IMG/VR virus record: IMGVR_UViG_3300017963_000189
Source: a virus
Taxonomy: Duplodnaviria > Caudoviricetes
Length of the DNA stretch: 64,000 bases
Strand: one strand, 5' to 3'
The notes beneath the pieces are model-generated. The model saw only the letters and a list, made by a program, of their open reading frames with translations. It made no database searches and had not been told where the DNA came from. Positions 48,936-58,192 of the stretch are shown here, one piece after another (within the stretch, counting starts at the first letter, position 1; the number at the start of each line of letters is the position of its first letter). The position numbers were made by a program, and so were the translations under genes.

Positions 48936-49679
48936 TTATACTTCCGGTTCAACCATTGCTAAAGGTTGTGGATTTTCCTCAAAGTCGTGATATATTTCAT
49001 TCAATATACGAACAAACTCAGGATTCTCAACTTTATACATCAATACATTTTTGTAATAAAATGACCTCTCACCAGGAGTCAAAAGAATATCAATCCATTG
49101 AGTATGACGTTTATTCATCGTATCTCTAACTTGATATATCCCATCTTGTGCTCCATCAGGAGTTCCCTTGATGAAAATGTAGTCGCCAAAGTTTATGTCG
49201 GCGCCACGTCGATTGAAATGTGTAAGTAAATCCCTACTCAATGCTACATATTTGTATTCACCTGCTCTATCAATGTCAAACTTTGTTCCATCTGCCGTGA
49301 TGTCGGGTGTTGAGTCCGTTTGCTCAGGGACTGGATGGTATCCGGTCAAACTTGTTCTATAATACCTCTGTGAAAACATTTCCTTGACAAATTCTTTTAC
49401 AAGTCGATCCTTTTCTTTGTGAGCAGCAATCAACTCGTCTTTCTTACCATTTTCATATTGTAATTCAGTAACTTGTCCTTTCAAGTTCTCAATATATTTG
49501 TTTTGTTTATAAATGTCAATATTTAGAAACGATGCGTGAAACCACATCGCGAAAAACATAACTATTAAAGCTCCAATACTAAACTTCATTATGTCAACAT
49601 TTGTCAAGTTCTTGTACCACGTCTCAACCATTGAACAACCTTTTAAGACTGAATACTTAAATTTGGCGATTGTTTTCAT
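48936..49679 (-). CDS. membrane-anchored 3D-domain (MltA/RlpA-like) cell-wall hydrolase
   Basis: N-terminal TM + coiled coil; TGY.P...QTD.TP.ITADG, VALSRD, VRDTMN.R....IDIL. Confidence 0.75.
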   Translation of the reverse strand: MKTIAKFKYSVLKGCSMVETWYKNLTNVDIMKFSIGALIVMFFAMWFHASFLNIDIYKQNKYIENLKGQVTELQYENGKKDELIAAHKEKDRLVKEFVKEMFSQRYYRTSLTGYHPVPEQTDSTPDITADGTKFDIDRAGEYKYVALSRDLLTHFNRRGADINFGDYIFIKGTPDGAQDGIYQVRDTMNKRHTQWIDILLTPGERSFYYKNVLMYKVENPEFVRILNEIYHDFEENPQPLAMVEPEV

Positions 49680-49728
49680 AATTTAAATCTCCCATTCATT
49701 TAACTTACCAACTATTATAAATAAAAAG

Positions 49729-49802
49729 AGCGGAATAACGGATTCGAACCGATACTTCCACGTTGGCAACGTGGCGTGCTAACCGTTGAACACCAATCCC
49801 GC
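49729..49802 (-). tRNA. tRNA-Gly(GCC), no encoded CCA
   Basis: GCGGGAT/ATTCCGC acceptor, CCACG-TTGCCAA-CGTGG anticodon arm, TTCGAAT T-loop, U73 followed by CT. Confidence 0.9.
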
Positions 49803-49827
49803 TTTTTATAAACCTACTATGTAAAAC

Positions 49828-50133
49828 TTAATCTAATTCGTTTTGACCTATAATAACTTTCATCAACTCACGTACTTTTTTTCGTTCCTTTAGACGTTTA
49901 CTTTTGTTCTCTTTACGGCGAATAATTGTCCTGTCTCGACACATACCACAACCGCAATTCATTGAATGATGATTTCTTAGATAACCCATTCCACCACCAT
50001 CACTTTCATTACAAGTGTAATCGGTAACATACTCACCACCATCATTACGCTTGTACGCCCAAAACCAACCGAAAATAGACCATAATCTTCTGCGAGATAA
50101 CAATTTTTCTTTTTCTTTACGTTTAAATCTCAA
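49828..50133 (-). CDS. basic hypothetical protein (101 aa)
   Basis: ORF track; GGGAGA SD; CGCGMC motif. Confidence 0.6.
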   Translation of the reverse strand: MRFKRKEKEKLLSRRRLWSIFGWFWAYKRNDGGEYVTDYTCNESDGGGMGYLRNHHSMNCGCGMCRDRTIIRRKENKSKRLKERKKVRELMKVIIGQNELD

Positions 50134-50155
50134 GAAATGTTCTCCCTATGTGTTG

Positions 50156-50484
50156 TGGAGTCGGCGGGAATTGAACCCGCGTCCAAAATATTTCAAAATC
50201 CAACTTCTACGATTATAGTTTGATTTTGTTATTTTACGTCACGAAAAAACCAAACAAAAGTTGTGACAACGAGTTTTGATTTACTTTGAGTTGTCGCCCT
50301 CAAAGGTTCTACCGATTATGACATCACTTTACCCAATATCGGTGTCTTGGAGTGACGGCTTAATTCGTTGTGATTAAGCAGCTAATTGTAATTCGTTGCC
50401 AGTTATTTTAGGCTTTTGGATTTCCCACTTCCCAGTGAATCGCTATTAAATCTCTCAGTTATCCTGTCGAATCCGATCGACCCC
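50156..50484 (-). ncRNA. ssrA: tmRNA, tag (A)GNELQLAA, no encoded CCA
   Basis: 5' GGGGTCG...GGATTCGAC; 3' GGACGCGGGTTCAATTCCCGCCGACTCCA; G3.U70 pair; ATAACT then GGC AAC GAA TTA CAA TTA GCT GCT TAA (50374-50400). Confidence 0.92.
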
Positions 50485-50514
50485 ATATTATATCGTGTAT
50501 AAATATATACAAAT

Positions 50515-50859
50515 TTAGTTTTCATCACCAGAATCATTGTCCGGTGGTACACTTTCATCGTCCTGAATAAACTTATCTATCTTTTTTTCATCATGCATCA
50601 AGTCAAATATATGTTTTCTTATCTCAATATCATCCTCAAACTTAAAATATGGTGTATCAACAGGACCAAAAGCATCCATTATATTTTCTTCGCCAAAACC
50701 CATGGCTTGAGCCATTCTAATACACATTATTCTATATTCATAAATATTCAAGTCCTTTGGAACATTAAAAACAATCTTTTTGGGCTCCCTTGTCTTTACC
50801 CCTTGATTTTTTAGTTCATTATCGAAATCCCTTTCCAATGTGAATTTGTCCATATTCAC
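50515..50859 (-). CDS. hypothetical protein (114 aa)
   Basis: ORF track; coupled run. Confidence 0.7.
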   Translation of the reverse strand: MNMDKFTLERDFDNELKNQGVKTREPKKIVFNVPKDLNIYEYRIMCIRMAQAMGFGEENIMDAFGPVDTPYFKFEDDIEIRKHIFDLMHDEKKIDKFIQDDESVPPDNDSGDEN

Positions 50860-51257
50860 CCCTTTCCTTCATAATGTTCTAACCTCTTTTTTAATCTTTG
50901 TATTTCATCATACGATTTTAATGATTCATCTACGTGTAACTTCTTAATGTTTTCATTCCATTCACGTATTGATTTATTTTCTTCTAATATCCTAATCATT
51001 TCTTCTTTGTCTTGGCGAAACCAACCAATATCATTCATTTCTTTTTCACTTACCTTACCAAATCTCATATCTTCAGGTAAAACCATAACACTTACATCAA
51101 TATTCTTGTATATTTTTAGTCGCCGTACAATAACTCTCAATACATCAATCCATTTACGAAATCCTTTATTCGTTCGTAATACAATAACGTCGCCTTGTTC
51201 TAATGATAATTTACTTATCGCCTTTTCTAATCTTTTCTTACCAAACATATCAAACAT
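50856..51257 (-). CDS. hypothetical protein (133 aa)
   Basis: ORF track; GAGGT SD. Confidence 0.7.
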   Translation of the reverse strand: MFDMFGKKRLEKAISKLSLEQGDVIVLRTNKGFRKWIDVLRVIVRRLKIYKNIDVSVMVLPEDMRFGKVSEKEMNDIGWFRQDKEEMIRILEENKSIREWNENIKKLHVDESLKSYDEIQRLKKRLEHYEGKG

Positions 51258-51266
51258 TTTGTACCT

Positions 51267-52433
51267 CTATTTTTTTAATAAATGTGGTTGAGCTTCAAGT
51301 TGTCCTGCTCTTGTTACTCTCACAAATTCAGCATTCTTTCTAAATTCTTCTATATTTTCAGCACCTACATAACTCATAGATGATTTTATTCCATCAGTTA
51401 TAGATTCTATTATTCGTTTTACTTTCCCTTTATACGGGATAAGTTTTGAGTTACCCTCTATGTTATTATCGTTTTCGCCACGATCTAACTTACTCGATTG
51501 ACTGGCCGACCCGCGATATTGTTTGAATAATTGTTCGTCAGGAAAATTTCCTACTCGTATCAATCTACCTGGCGTTTCCTTAGTTCCGGCAAAAAGTGAT
51601 CCCATCATAACCATGTCTGCTCCAAGAGCAATCGCTTTTGCAGCGTCACCGGGTGTCCGTATACCACCATCTGCTATGATAGAAATTCCACTTCCCTTGA
51701 GCACTCGATATACCTCAGCTATCGCTGATGCTTGTGGAATACCTACTCCGGTTCTTATTCTTGTCTCACATAATGACCCATTTCCTATACCAACTCTAAC
51801 ACTATCTAATCTCCATTTAACTAAATCTTTAGCTGCATCAGCAGTAGCAATACTCCCACCTATAAGTGTTACGTTGTCGCCGTACTTCTTTCGTATCTTC
51901 GTGACGGCCCTCTTGAGTAAAATGTGATGTCCATGAGCTACATCAAATAAAAATGTCTTGACACCTCTGTTGTGTAACTCTAAAAATCTTTCATAATAAT
52001 CACCGGTTACTCCAATCGCACAAGCAATCATTTGTTGAAAAGCAAACCCGTCTGCAGGTTCAAGTTGAGTTGTCGCAAATCCTGTATTTGATTCTACATA
52101 ATTATTATTTTCATACATACAACGATTATGCGGTTGATATTTATACCATTCCCTAAACTTTTCTCTCAAATACATTACTTGTTCGGCTTGTTCCTCTATC
52201 GTCATAAAACGATGTATGAAACCAACTCCGCCGAGCTCCCATAACTGGTACGCCATTTCATGTTCCGTTACAGTATCCATTGGTGAAGATACTATTGGAA
52301 TACGAATCTTGAACATCCCATTATGAGAAAATCCGGTTGTAAGATCACAATCAACCCTTGATAAAACTTTACTATATTTCGGGCGTAATTGTAAATCATC
52401 AAATGTATATGTATCTGGAACAATATGCGTCAT
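51267..52433 (-). CDS. IMP dehydrogenase/GMP reductase family protein lacking the CBS subdomain
   Basis: SSPMDTVTE, GFIHR, DVAHG, GIGNGSLCETR, ADGGIR..GD, MGSLFAG, YRGSAS. Confidence 0.9.
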   Translation of the reverse strand: MTHIVPDTYTFDDLQLRPKYSKVLSRVDCDLTTGFSHNGMFKIRIPIVSSPMDTVTEHEMAYQLWELGGVGFIHRFMTIEEQAEQVMYLREKFREWYKYQPHNRCMYENNNYVESNTGFATTQLEPADGFAFQQMIACAIGVTGDYYERFLELHNRGVKTFLFDVAHGHHILLKRAVTKIRKKYGDNVTLIGGSIATADAAKDLVKWRLDSVRVGIGNGSLCETRIRTGVGIPQASAIAEVYRVLKGSGISIIADGGIRTPGDAAKAIALGADMVMMGSLFAGTKETPGRLIRVGNFPDEQLFKQYRGSASQSSKLDRGENDNNIEGNSKLIPYKGKVKRIIESITDGIKSSMSYVGAENIEEFRKNAEFVRVTRAGQLEAQPHLLKK

Positions 52434-52495
52434 AACCTTTCCCCTATTTATAAAACCTCTTTTCTCTTATACTACCGAAAACCTATTTTTGTTCC

Positions 52496-53140
52496 CTAAA
52501 CCTTTCCACAACACTTCTTATATTTTTTTTGGCTACCACATGGGCAAGGCTCGTTACGACCTACTTTTTTCTCATTCTTGATGGGCTCAAGTTTCCATTC
52601 CCTATCAAACATCAATACACCATTCAAATGATCAACCTCATGTTGAACGGCGACACTCTCTAATAAACTCGTATCATTTTCCATATCATCACGATCTTCG
52701 GCAGCAAAATATAATGTTTGATCCTTTTCCCATACTATACTTACACCATTATATATTCCTACCCAATCAACCTTGACTACTATATTTTTCTTTCTTTTCG
52801 TCCTTACACTGGCTCCAGGAAATGAAACACAACCCTCTTGATACCACGTTTCGCCATCACTCTCGATGATTGTTGGATTGACTAATACTATTGGTTCTTT
52901 CGCCCGAATTACACAAATCTTCTTTCGAATACCAATCTGGGGCGCTGATAGACCAACATCATTTTCATTACGTGCCGATAAAGTAGCCCATAGTTGTTCG
53001 GCTATATCTCCTGCTTCAGTTGTGTCCTTTACTTTAGAACTACGTTTTCGTAATACCGTTTCGTCCGTTATAATAGGGAGAGCACGAGACTTCGCGCTCT
53101 CCTTGAGTGTTTCTTTTAATTCATCTAATGCTTTGCTCAT
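52496..53140 (-). CDS. def: peptide deformylase with C-terminal SEC-C motif
   Basis: [25 protein letters not shown]; [19 protein letters not shown]. Confidence 0.9.
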   Translation of the reverse strand: MSKALDELKETLKESAKSRALPIITDETVLRKRSSKVKDTTEAGDIAEQLWATLSARNENDVGLSAPQIGIRKKICVIRAKEPIVLVNPTIIESDGETWYQEGCVSFPGASVRTKRKKNIVVKVDWVGIYNGVSIVWEKDQTLYFAAEDRDDMENDTSLLESVAVQHEVDHLNGVLMFDREWKLEPIKNEKKVGRNEPCPCGSQKKYKKCCGKV

Positions 53141-53592
53141 TTCTTTTTCCTACCACGTTTTTTCTTTTTATCCTTACCATTCTTTTTATTATACTTAGCA
53201 GCAAGTTTTTGTTGTTTCTTTATACGTTCTTGTTCCTTTTCAAAAGAAGATTTCTTAGCTTTTGGTTCAATTACGGTTGGTTTCTTTGTTCCCTTGAGTT
53301 TAGGTTGTTCCACACCCTTGAAGAAAACATTTCCTTCTGAATCAACAAACTCTTTGTAAAATCTCCAACCACGCGGACGACGAACTTTGTTCTCGTCGGC
53401 TTCGGCTTTCTTTTTCGCCCGTACTAAAGCTTCCGGCGGCCCGGCCATCTTTTGAGTACAACGCCAACATATCCCACCTTTACTGTCACCATCAATTTCA
53501 AGTTCCTCGCCACACCCTTTCATACAAAGTACCCACTTTGTCTCTGCACGTTTAGGTAATGAAAATCTGTTAACTTTTTTTCTGCGAGCCAT
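53137..53592 (-). CDS. basic hypothetical protein with Zn ribbon
   Basis: CMKGC...CWRC; [24 protein letters not shown]. Confidence 0.7.
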   Translation of the reverse strand: MARRKKVNRFSLPKRAETKWVLCMKGCGEELEIDGDSKGGICWRCTQKMAGPPEALVRAKKKAEADENKVRRPRGWRFYKEFVDSEGNVFFKGVEQPKLKGTKKPTVIEPKAKKSSFEKEQERIKKQQKLAAKYNKKNGKDKKKKRGRKKK

Positions 53593-53605
53593 TTTTTACT
53601 CCTTT

Positions 53606-53779
53606 TTAAGTATACATTTCGTCTACTTGTTCTGTTTTTCTTTTTATTGGTTCTTTATTAAATACTTCATTGTTTAATATTACAAATCTCAATACAAGAT
53701 AACCTACTAATATTGACAATAATATTATAATTATTGATTTTCTAATTTTTGTCCACTCGATATTTGTTGTAAATCTCAT
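53606..53779 (-). CDS. small membrane protein (57 aa), not in ORF track
   Basis: AAAGGA SD; MRFTTNIEWTKIRKSIIIILLSILVGYLVLRFVIL... read by hand. Confidence 0.6.
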   Translation of the reverse strand: MRFTTNIEWTKIRKSIIIILLSILVGYLVLRFVILNNEVFNKEPIKRKTEQVDEMYT

Positions 53780-54248
53780 TTAATTCCTTTGCCTTTTCTT
53801 GTGTAAATGTTCCGGGATCGTCACAAAAATTCGCATATATTCCTTGCACTCTCTGTTTATTTACTTGAAAAGCATTTTCTTCAAGTTCCGGAATATCTAT
53901 CTCAGAAAGCAATTCTACAACCATTCTAATCTTGAGTTTTATAGCACTTACTTTCTTCGTGTCGTATTTTGGTTCTACAGGTTGAGGCGATTGTACCGGT
54001 TGTGGTTGATAAGTTGTATTACCAGGATCGTTCCCAAACACATAACCTTTATTCTCTTTTTTTGTTTGAATGTTATACCATTCGCCCATTGAATACTCTT
54101 TTGTTCCCAATGGATTTTTACCTATACTACCCCACTCAACCAAAAACTTACCATTTCCAAGTTCTATCATACGATAAAACTTACTATGATGTTTTCCCGT
54201 GTTATGGTTTAAAGTTGTATTCTCAAAATAATAAACTCGATTTGACAC
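53742..54248 (-). CDS. stand-alone WGR-domain protein
   Basis: HSKFYRM...FLVEWGSIG...KKENKGY; GTG start. Confidence 0.7.
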   Translation of the reverse strand: MSNRVYYFENTTLNHNTGKHHSKFYRMIELGNGKFLVEWGSIGKNPLGTKEYSMGEWYNIQTKKENKGYVFGNDPGNTTYQPQPVQSPQPVEPKYDTKKVSAIKLKIRMVVELLSEIDIPELEENAFQVNKQRVQGIYANFCDDPGTFTQEKAKELNEIYNKYRVDKN

Positions 54249-54279
54249 TTTCTAAAACCTTTCATTTTTTCAGTATACC

Positions 54280-54359
54280 AATATACAAAATAAAAACATC
54301 TTTGTCAAATGTTTTTTTACTTGATATATAAATATACGAAAAAATAGCTTCATTGTCAA
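54280..54359 (-). promoter_or_regulatory. tandem sigma70-type promoters TTGACA-N17-TATATT
   Basis: 54331-54359 and 54280-54308, both with 17-nt spacers. Confidence 0.75.
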
Positions 54360-54362
54360 CCG

Positions 54363-54632
54363 TTATTTTCGTTTTTTTGTGGCTATTGTTATCCTTTCTT
54401 TCTTTTTATTACTTATCCACTTGACATATTTTTGTATTTTTGGATTCGCCAATAATTTCTCCAATGTGTCATAATTCCTATCTAACTCTTTGTTTGGTAT
54501 AAGTTGATGAACCATGTCCTTACACGAAAGGCATACTTTTATCGTGTCGCCCTTTGAGCCTCCTCGTGCTTTTGGCGTCAGGTGATGTCGAGTAAGTGTT
54601 TCTACATCCCTATTACATAAATTACATATCAT
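54363..54632 (-). CDS. small HNH endonuclease (YisB-like)
   Basis: C.LC....TRHHLTPK.RGG......VC.SC...VH. Confidence 0.75.
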   Translation of the reverse strand: MICNLCNRDVETLTRHHLTPKARGGSKGDTIKVCLSCKDMVHQLIPNKELDRNYDTLEKLLANPKIQKYVKWISNKKKERITIATKKRK

Positions 54633-55117
54633 ATCAAATAAGCTTTTTCAAGTTTATATTTCGTTTTCAAATAATTCTTTCTAAACTTTGTTCGTTCTTT
54701 TCTCAAATCTTCAAGTTCAAGTTTCAATTTGATTATCTTAGCATCAAGACCGTCGTTGTGATTCACAGCTTCCAGGAGCGCTGCAGGTTCTACATTTACA
54801 AACTTCATTATACCCTTTTTATCAAAATGTATTTCGCCTTCATAATGATGTATGGGAAATGGATAAAGATACATATCTTTTCGATACGCAATATTCAAAT
54901 ATTTTTGTGGCTCAAAATATGATCTTTCTTTGTCTTTCCACGTTACTTGAAAAGAAAAATATTTCTTATTCTCTTTGTGTTCCCGTATTTTCTTTTCAAG
55001 ATTTGTGATCTTGTGTTCATATTCCCTATCAATCATATCAGGATTTTCTAACGCAGTTTTGTGAGAATACTTTACAATTTCACCATATAACTTTTCTTTT
55101 CTTCTAAATAACTTCAT
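54629..55117 (-). CDS. hypothetical protein (162 aa)
   Basis: ORF track; ATGA coupling. Confidence 0.7.
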   Translation of the reverse strand: MKLFRRKEKLYGEIVKYSHKTALENPDMIDREYEHKITNLEKKIREHKENKKYFSFQVTWKDKERSYFEPQKYLNIAYRKDMYLYPFPIHHYEGEIHFDKKGIMKFVNVEPAALLEAVNHNDGLDAKIIKLKLELEDLRKERTKFRKNYLKTKYKLEKAYLI

Positions 55118-55512
55118 TTGATGTTTCCTTTCCTCAAAATTTCACCTAAATGTATTTTATATAATCCTTCGTCACGATCCTTTACAATCCCTAACATTTT
55201 TACATCCATCCAAGGCTTGTCGGCTCCATAACCATTTACAAAATGTATGTAATCATATTTCTTGTCCTCTAACCTCTTTGACCAATAACCCTTGATTTCC
55301 CTATTCTCTACTTTCTTTTCGCCACATAAAATGGCGTCAAAATACTCTTTCATCAATGTCAAATGTAATACTTTATCCACTTTATTCTCCCTTTCCTTTT
55401 TTCCCTTTAACCAACTCTTATATAATAATGATCCTTTTGGAGCATAACCGGGTGCGGGTAACCCATCTAAACCTCTCTGGTATGCTGATCCCATATTTCC
55501 TAATGTTTTCAT
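55114..55512 (-). CDS. ASCH-domain protein
   Basis: LHLTLMKEYFDAILCGEKKVENRE...YW.KRL...F.NGY. Confidence 0.75.
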   Translation of the reverse strand: MKTLGNMGSAYQRGLDGLPAPGYAPKGSLLYKSWLKGKKERENKVDKVLHLTLMKEYFDAILCGEKKVENREIKGYWSKRLEDKKYDYIHFVNGYGADKPWMDVKMLGIVKDRDEGLYKIHLGEILRKGNIK

Positions 55513-55886
55513 CTATTATACCATACTATTGTGTCAAAATCTTTCCTAACCATATTGTGTTTTACATCACTTGGATATATCTCGATGTCGGTTTCTTGAC
55601 CATCTTTTACATAATGACCAAATCCGTCATAATCAATAAATCCACCACACTTTACACATTCAACAAAATGTTCTATTGACATAACATCACCGTAATCCGG
55701 AAGCTCACTCAATTTGTAAGATTTTATCAACCTATATTTTCTACTCAACTCATTTAATTTTTTCCGTTCAGGTAATGTATATTCTTGATATAATTCAAAT
55801 GGTTTACTATAATCCCATTCCTGCTCTTTTTTCTCAAGTTCTTTTTCAACTTTTTTTGCTTCTTCTAATAGTTGTTTTTCATCCAT
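55509..55886 (-). CDS. hypothetical protein (125 aa)
   Basis: ORF track; coupled run. Confidence 0.7.
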   Translation of the reverse strand: MDEKQLLEEAKKVEKELEKKEQEWDYSKPFELYQEYTLPERKKLNELSRKYRLIKSYKLSELPDYGDVMSIEHFVECVKCGGFIDYDGFGHYVKDGQETDIEIYPSDVKHNMVRKDFDTIVWYNR

Positions 55887-55887
55887 C

Positions 55888-56883
55888 TTAATACCCCAAA
55901 ATTTCGCTTATATGTTTTTTAGCTTGTTCTATACGATCATTATAATCGTCGCCATGAATTATCTTATATTCCCAATTACGATTGTCTAACTCTTTCCTAA
56001 TCATTCCATAATGTTCAACCCTACGATTTGAAAATGTCCTTGTTCCATCGTCAACCCAAGGCACTTCAGGTGTCAAAAGTAAATGTAAATGATACTTACT
56101 ATTCCACGACTGTGTCGCTATCCACGCTGGACACGGAACGTTATATAACTCCGCCCACGTCTGTGTCGTCATTAAATCCGTATCACAAATCAATAACCGG
56201 TTCGCGTGTCTCGCAACTTCATCTTCCCATTGTAATTGACCAGCAGCTATCCGTGAAAAATCCATTGAATTTATCTGAGCGTTCCTTTTCATATTGTCAG
56301 TATATACCCTACCATATTCAGGTACAAAAGCTGTCTTGTAATGTACGGCTAATTCGTGTGCCATTGTTGTCTTTCCAACAGATTCAGGTCCAACTAATAC
56401 CACTTTCTTGGCGAAAAAATGACGAGCTTCCTTTGGTATCATTTCCCAGTTCGTCATTGGATTTCCACGAATATCCGTCCCTGATATTGGAAATGTAACT
56501 CTCAACTTGTCCACACATTCATGTTTGATACCAAAAATCTCAGATATTTGATTACCATATTCCTCAGATGTAAATACCACATCTAAATTGCTTGGTGTAT
56601 TATCCTTGATTATTTGTGTCCACACTTCCCAAAATTTTACCGGACCTTGATCATAAGTTTCAGGATAATCAGGTACATTTGTCAAGTGAATGACATTTGC
56701 TTTTGGGAACTTTTCTTTGATCCAATTATAACGAAGATAACCGGGTATAAATTCCGACTCCAAACTACATATTAATATTGTTAAGTTTTTCGCCCGTTTG
56801 AGCCCTTCCTCAATCAAATATGAATGTCCATTGTGTAAAGGATAAAACTTACCTAATATCAACCCATGTTTATACATGACCAT
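55888..56883 (-). CDS. nadR: NadR-type NMN adenylyltransferase / nicotinamide riboside kinase (no HTH repressor domain)
   Basis: GKFYPLHNGH (HxGH), ISGT.IR, GPESVGKTT, PEYGR, CDTD. Confidence 0.9.
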   Translation of the reverse strand: MVMYKHGLILGKFYPLHNGHSYLIEEGLKRAKNLTILICSLESEFIPGYLRYNWIKEKFPKANVIHLTNVPDYPETYDQGPVKFWEVWTQIIKDNTPSNLDVVFTSEEYGNQISEIFGIKHECVDKLRVTFPISGTDIRGNPMTNWEMIPKEARHFFAKKVVLVGPESVGKTTMAHELAVHYKTAFVPEYGRVYTDNMKRNAQINSMDFSRIAAGQLQWEDEVARHANRLLICDTDLMTTQTWAELYNVPCPAWIATQSWNSKYHLHLLLTPEVPWVDDGTRTFSNRRVEHYGMIRKELDNRNWEYKIIHGDDYNDRIEQAKKHISEILGY

Positions 56884-58192
56884 TTCCCTCTATTATTTCT
56901 TCCCATGTTATTTTCTTACCACTACTATTGTTTGACATCGTTAAAAATTCGATGGCTCTCGAGGCAGCTGTGTAAAGCCAGCGGGGATTGTCGCCCCAAT
57001 AATCGTTGTGAATGTATACATTATCCCACTGTGAGCCTTGTGACTTGTGAGCCGTTATCGCATATCCATATGTTGTTATCAAAACGCTTCTACTCAATAT
57101 AGGTTTCTTGTAAAACTTTCTATCAATCAAATGTTCCAAATCAAAAGGTAATGTGGTTATATCTATCTCAGGATGATAGATTGATGGGCGTACCGTATTC
57201 GGGAATAAAAACATATCATACTCTCCATCACGACCCATTATTTCTACTTTACAATAATAACAATCTCCAAAACTATCGCCATCTTTGGAATAGATTTCTA
57301 ATGGGCGAATGTCGATTACTTTGTTTACCCGGAATGTCTCCGAATTCTTGTAAGTAGGTGAATTAGCAATCACGATTATTTGATCAGTCTTCCGGAGCGC
57401 ACTTGGTTCTTCACCAAACTTGTGTGTTCTGGCCAACTTGTTCAACAATACTCGTGTCTTGTTTTTCGCCACAATGAAAACACTATCATCATAGTTTTTT
57501 AAGCCGTCAAGCCATTTCTTTCCAACTTCCTCAATGTCTAAAACATCCACTTCATCTTTTGACTTTGTTGGAACACAGGACTTCTTTATTTCTCTCAACT
57601 TTGTAACATAGTCAAGGATAACTCCATCATGACGTTGAACATTTTTTAACTCGTAATGTGGATTCCTCAATACTTTTGGATCATCACCGACTGGCTCAAG
57701 TTGAAATCCATCACCTATCTTTATTACTTTCGCCCCATGTTTGGCGATGTGTTTGTTGATGTCGTTGTTTACAAATGTGTCTATCATACTCGATTCATCT
57801 ATGATAACAAGTTGTCCTTGTGTAAAACTACACTTGGCATTCCAGTTTCCATCGTCGTCGGGCTCGCCATAGAGCAAACTGTGTAACGTCCTAAACTTTT
57901 CCTTGTAATCAATTAACCCGGCTAACCAATCTGCTGACTTGTGTCTCAATACCTTGACCGCAGCATTTGTTGGTGCTGATACATAAACATCATAATGTAA
58001 AATGTCACGAGCATATGAAAATATGTTTTCTATGATTGTGGTTTTACCTGTTCCAGCATATCCTGCTAACTTGAAAGTATTCAAGTTTTGATCATACGTT
58101 TTTGGTTTCTTTAGAAATTTCTCAACTTCCAGTAACGCTTCCTTTTGATCCTTTGTATAACTAATCTTTTCACTACGTTGTTTGAGTATCAT
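56870..58192 (-). CDS. SF1B DNA helicase (Dda/RecD-like)
   Basis: GYAGTGKTT, APTN.A, IIDESSM, GD.FQLEPV, YAITAHKSQGSQW. Confidence 0.9.
   Translation of the reverse strand: MILKQRSEKISYTKDQKEALLEVEKFLKKPKTYDQNLNTFKLAGYAGTGKTTIIENIFSYARDILHYDVYVSAPTNAAVKVLRHKSADWLAGLIDYKEKFRTLHSLLYGEPDDDGNWNAKCSFTQGQLVIIDESSMIDTFVNNDINKHIAKHGAKVIKIGDGFQLEPVGDDPKVLRNPHYELKNVQRHDGVILDYVTKLREIKKSCVPTKSKDEVDVLDIEEVGKKWLDGLKNYDDSVFIVAKNKTRVLLNKLARTHKFGEEPSALRKTDQIIVIANSPTYKNSETFRVNKVIDIRPLEIYSKDGDSFGDCYYCKVEIMGRDGEYDMFLFPNTVRPSIYHPEIDITTLPFDLEHLIDRKFYKKPILSRSVLITTYGYAITAHKSQGSQWDNVYIHNDYWGDNPRWLYTAASRAIEFLTMSNNSSGKKITWEEIIEGNGHV

Noticed and set aside
30020-53744. Stop-codon reassignment (TAG or TGA), as in some jumbo phages
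   Set aside because: Genes are long and intact under code 11. TAG ends at 30020, 51267 and 52496 and several ATGA overlaps fall at natural protein ends.
53606-53744. Amber read-through adding a TM anchor to the WGR protein
   Set aside because: The hydrophobic stretch is in a different frame and has its own SD and ATG at 53779.
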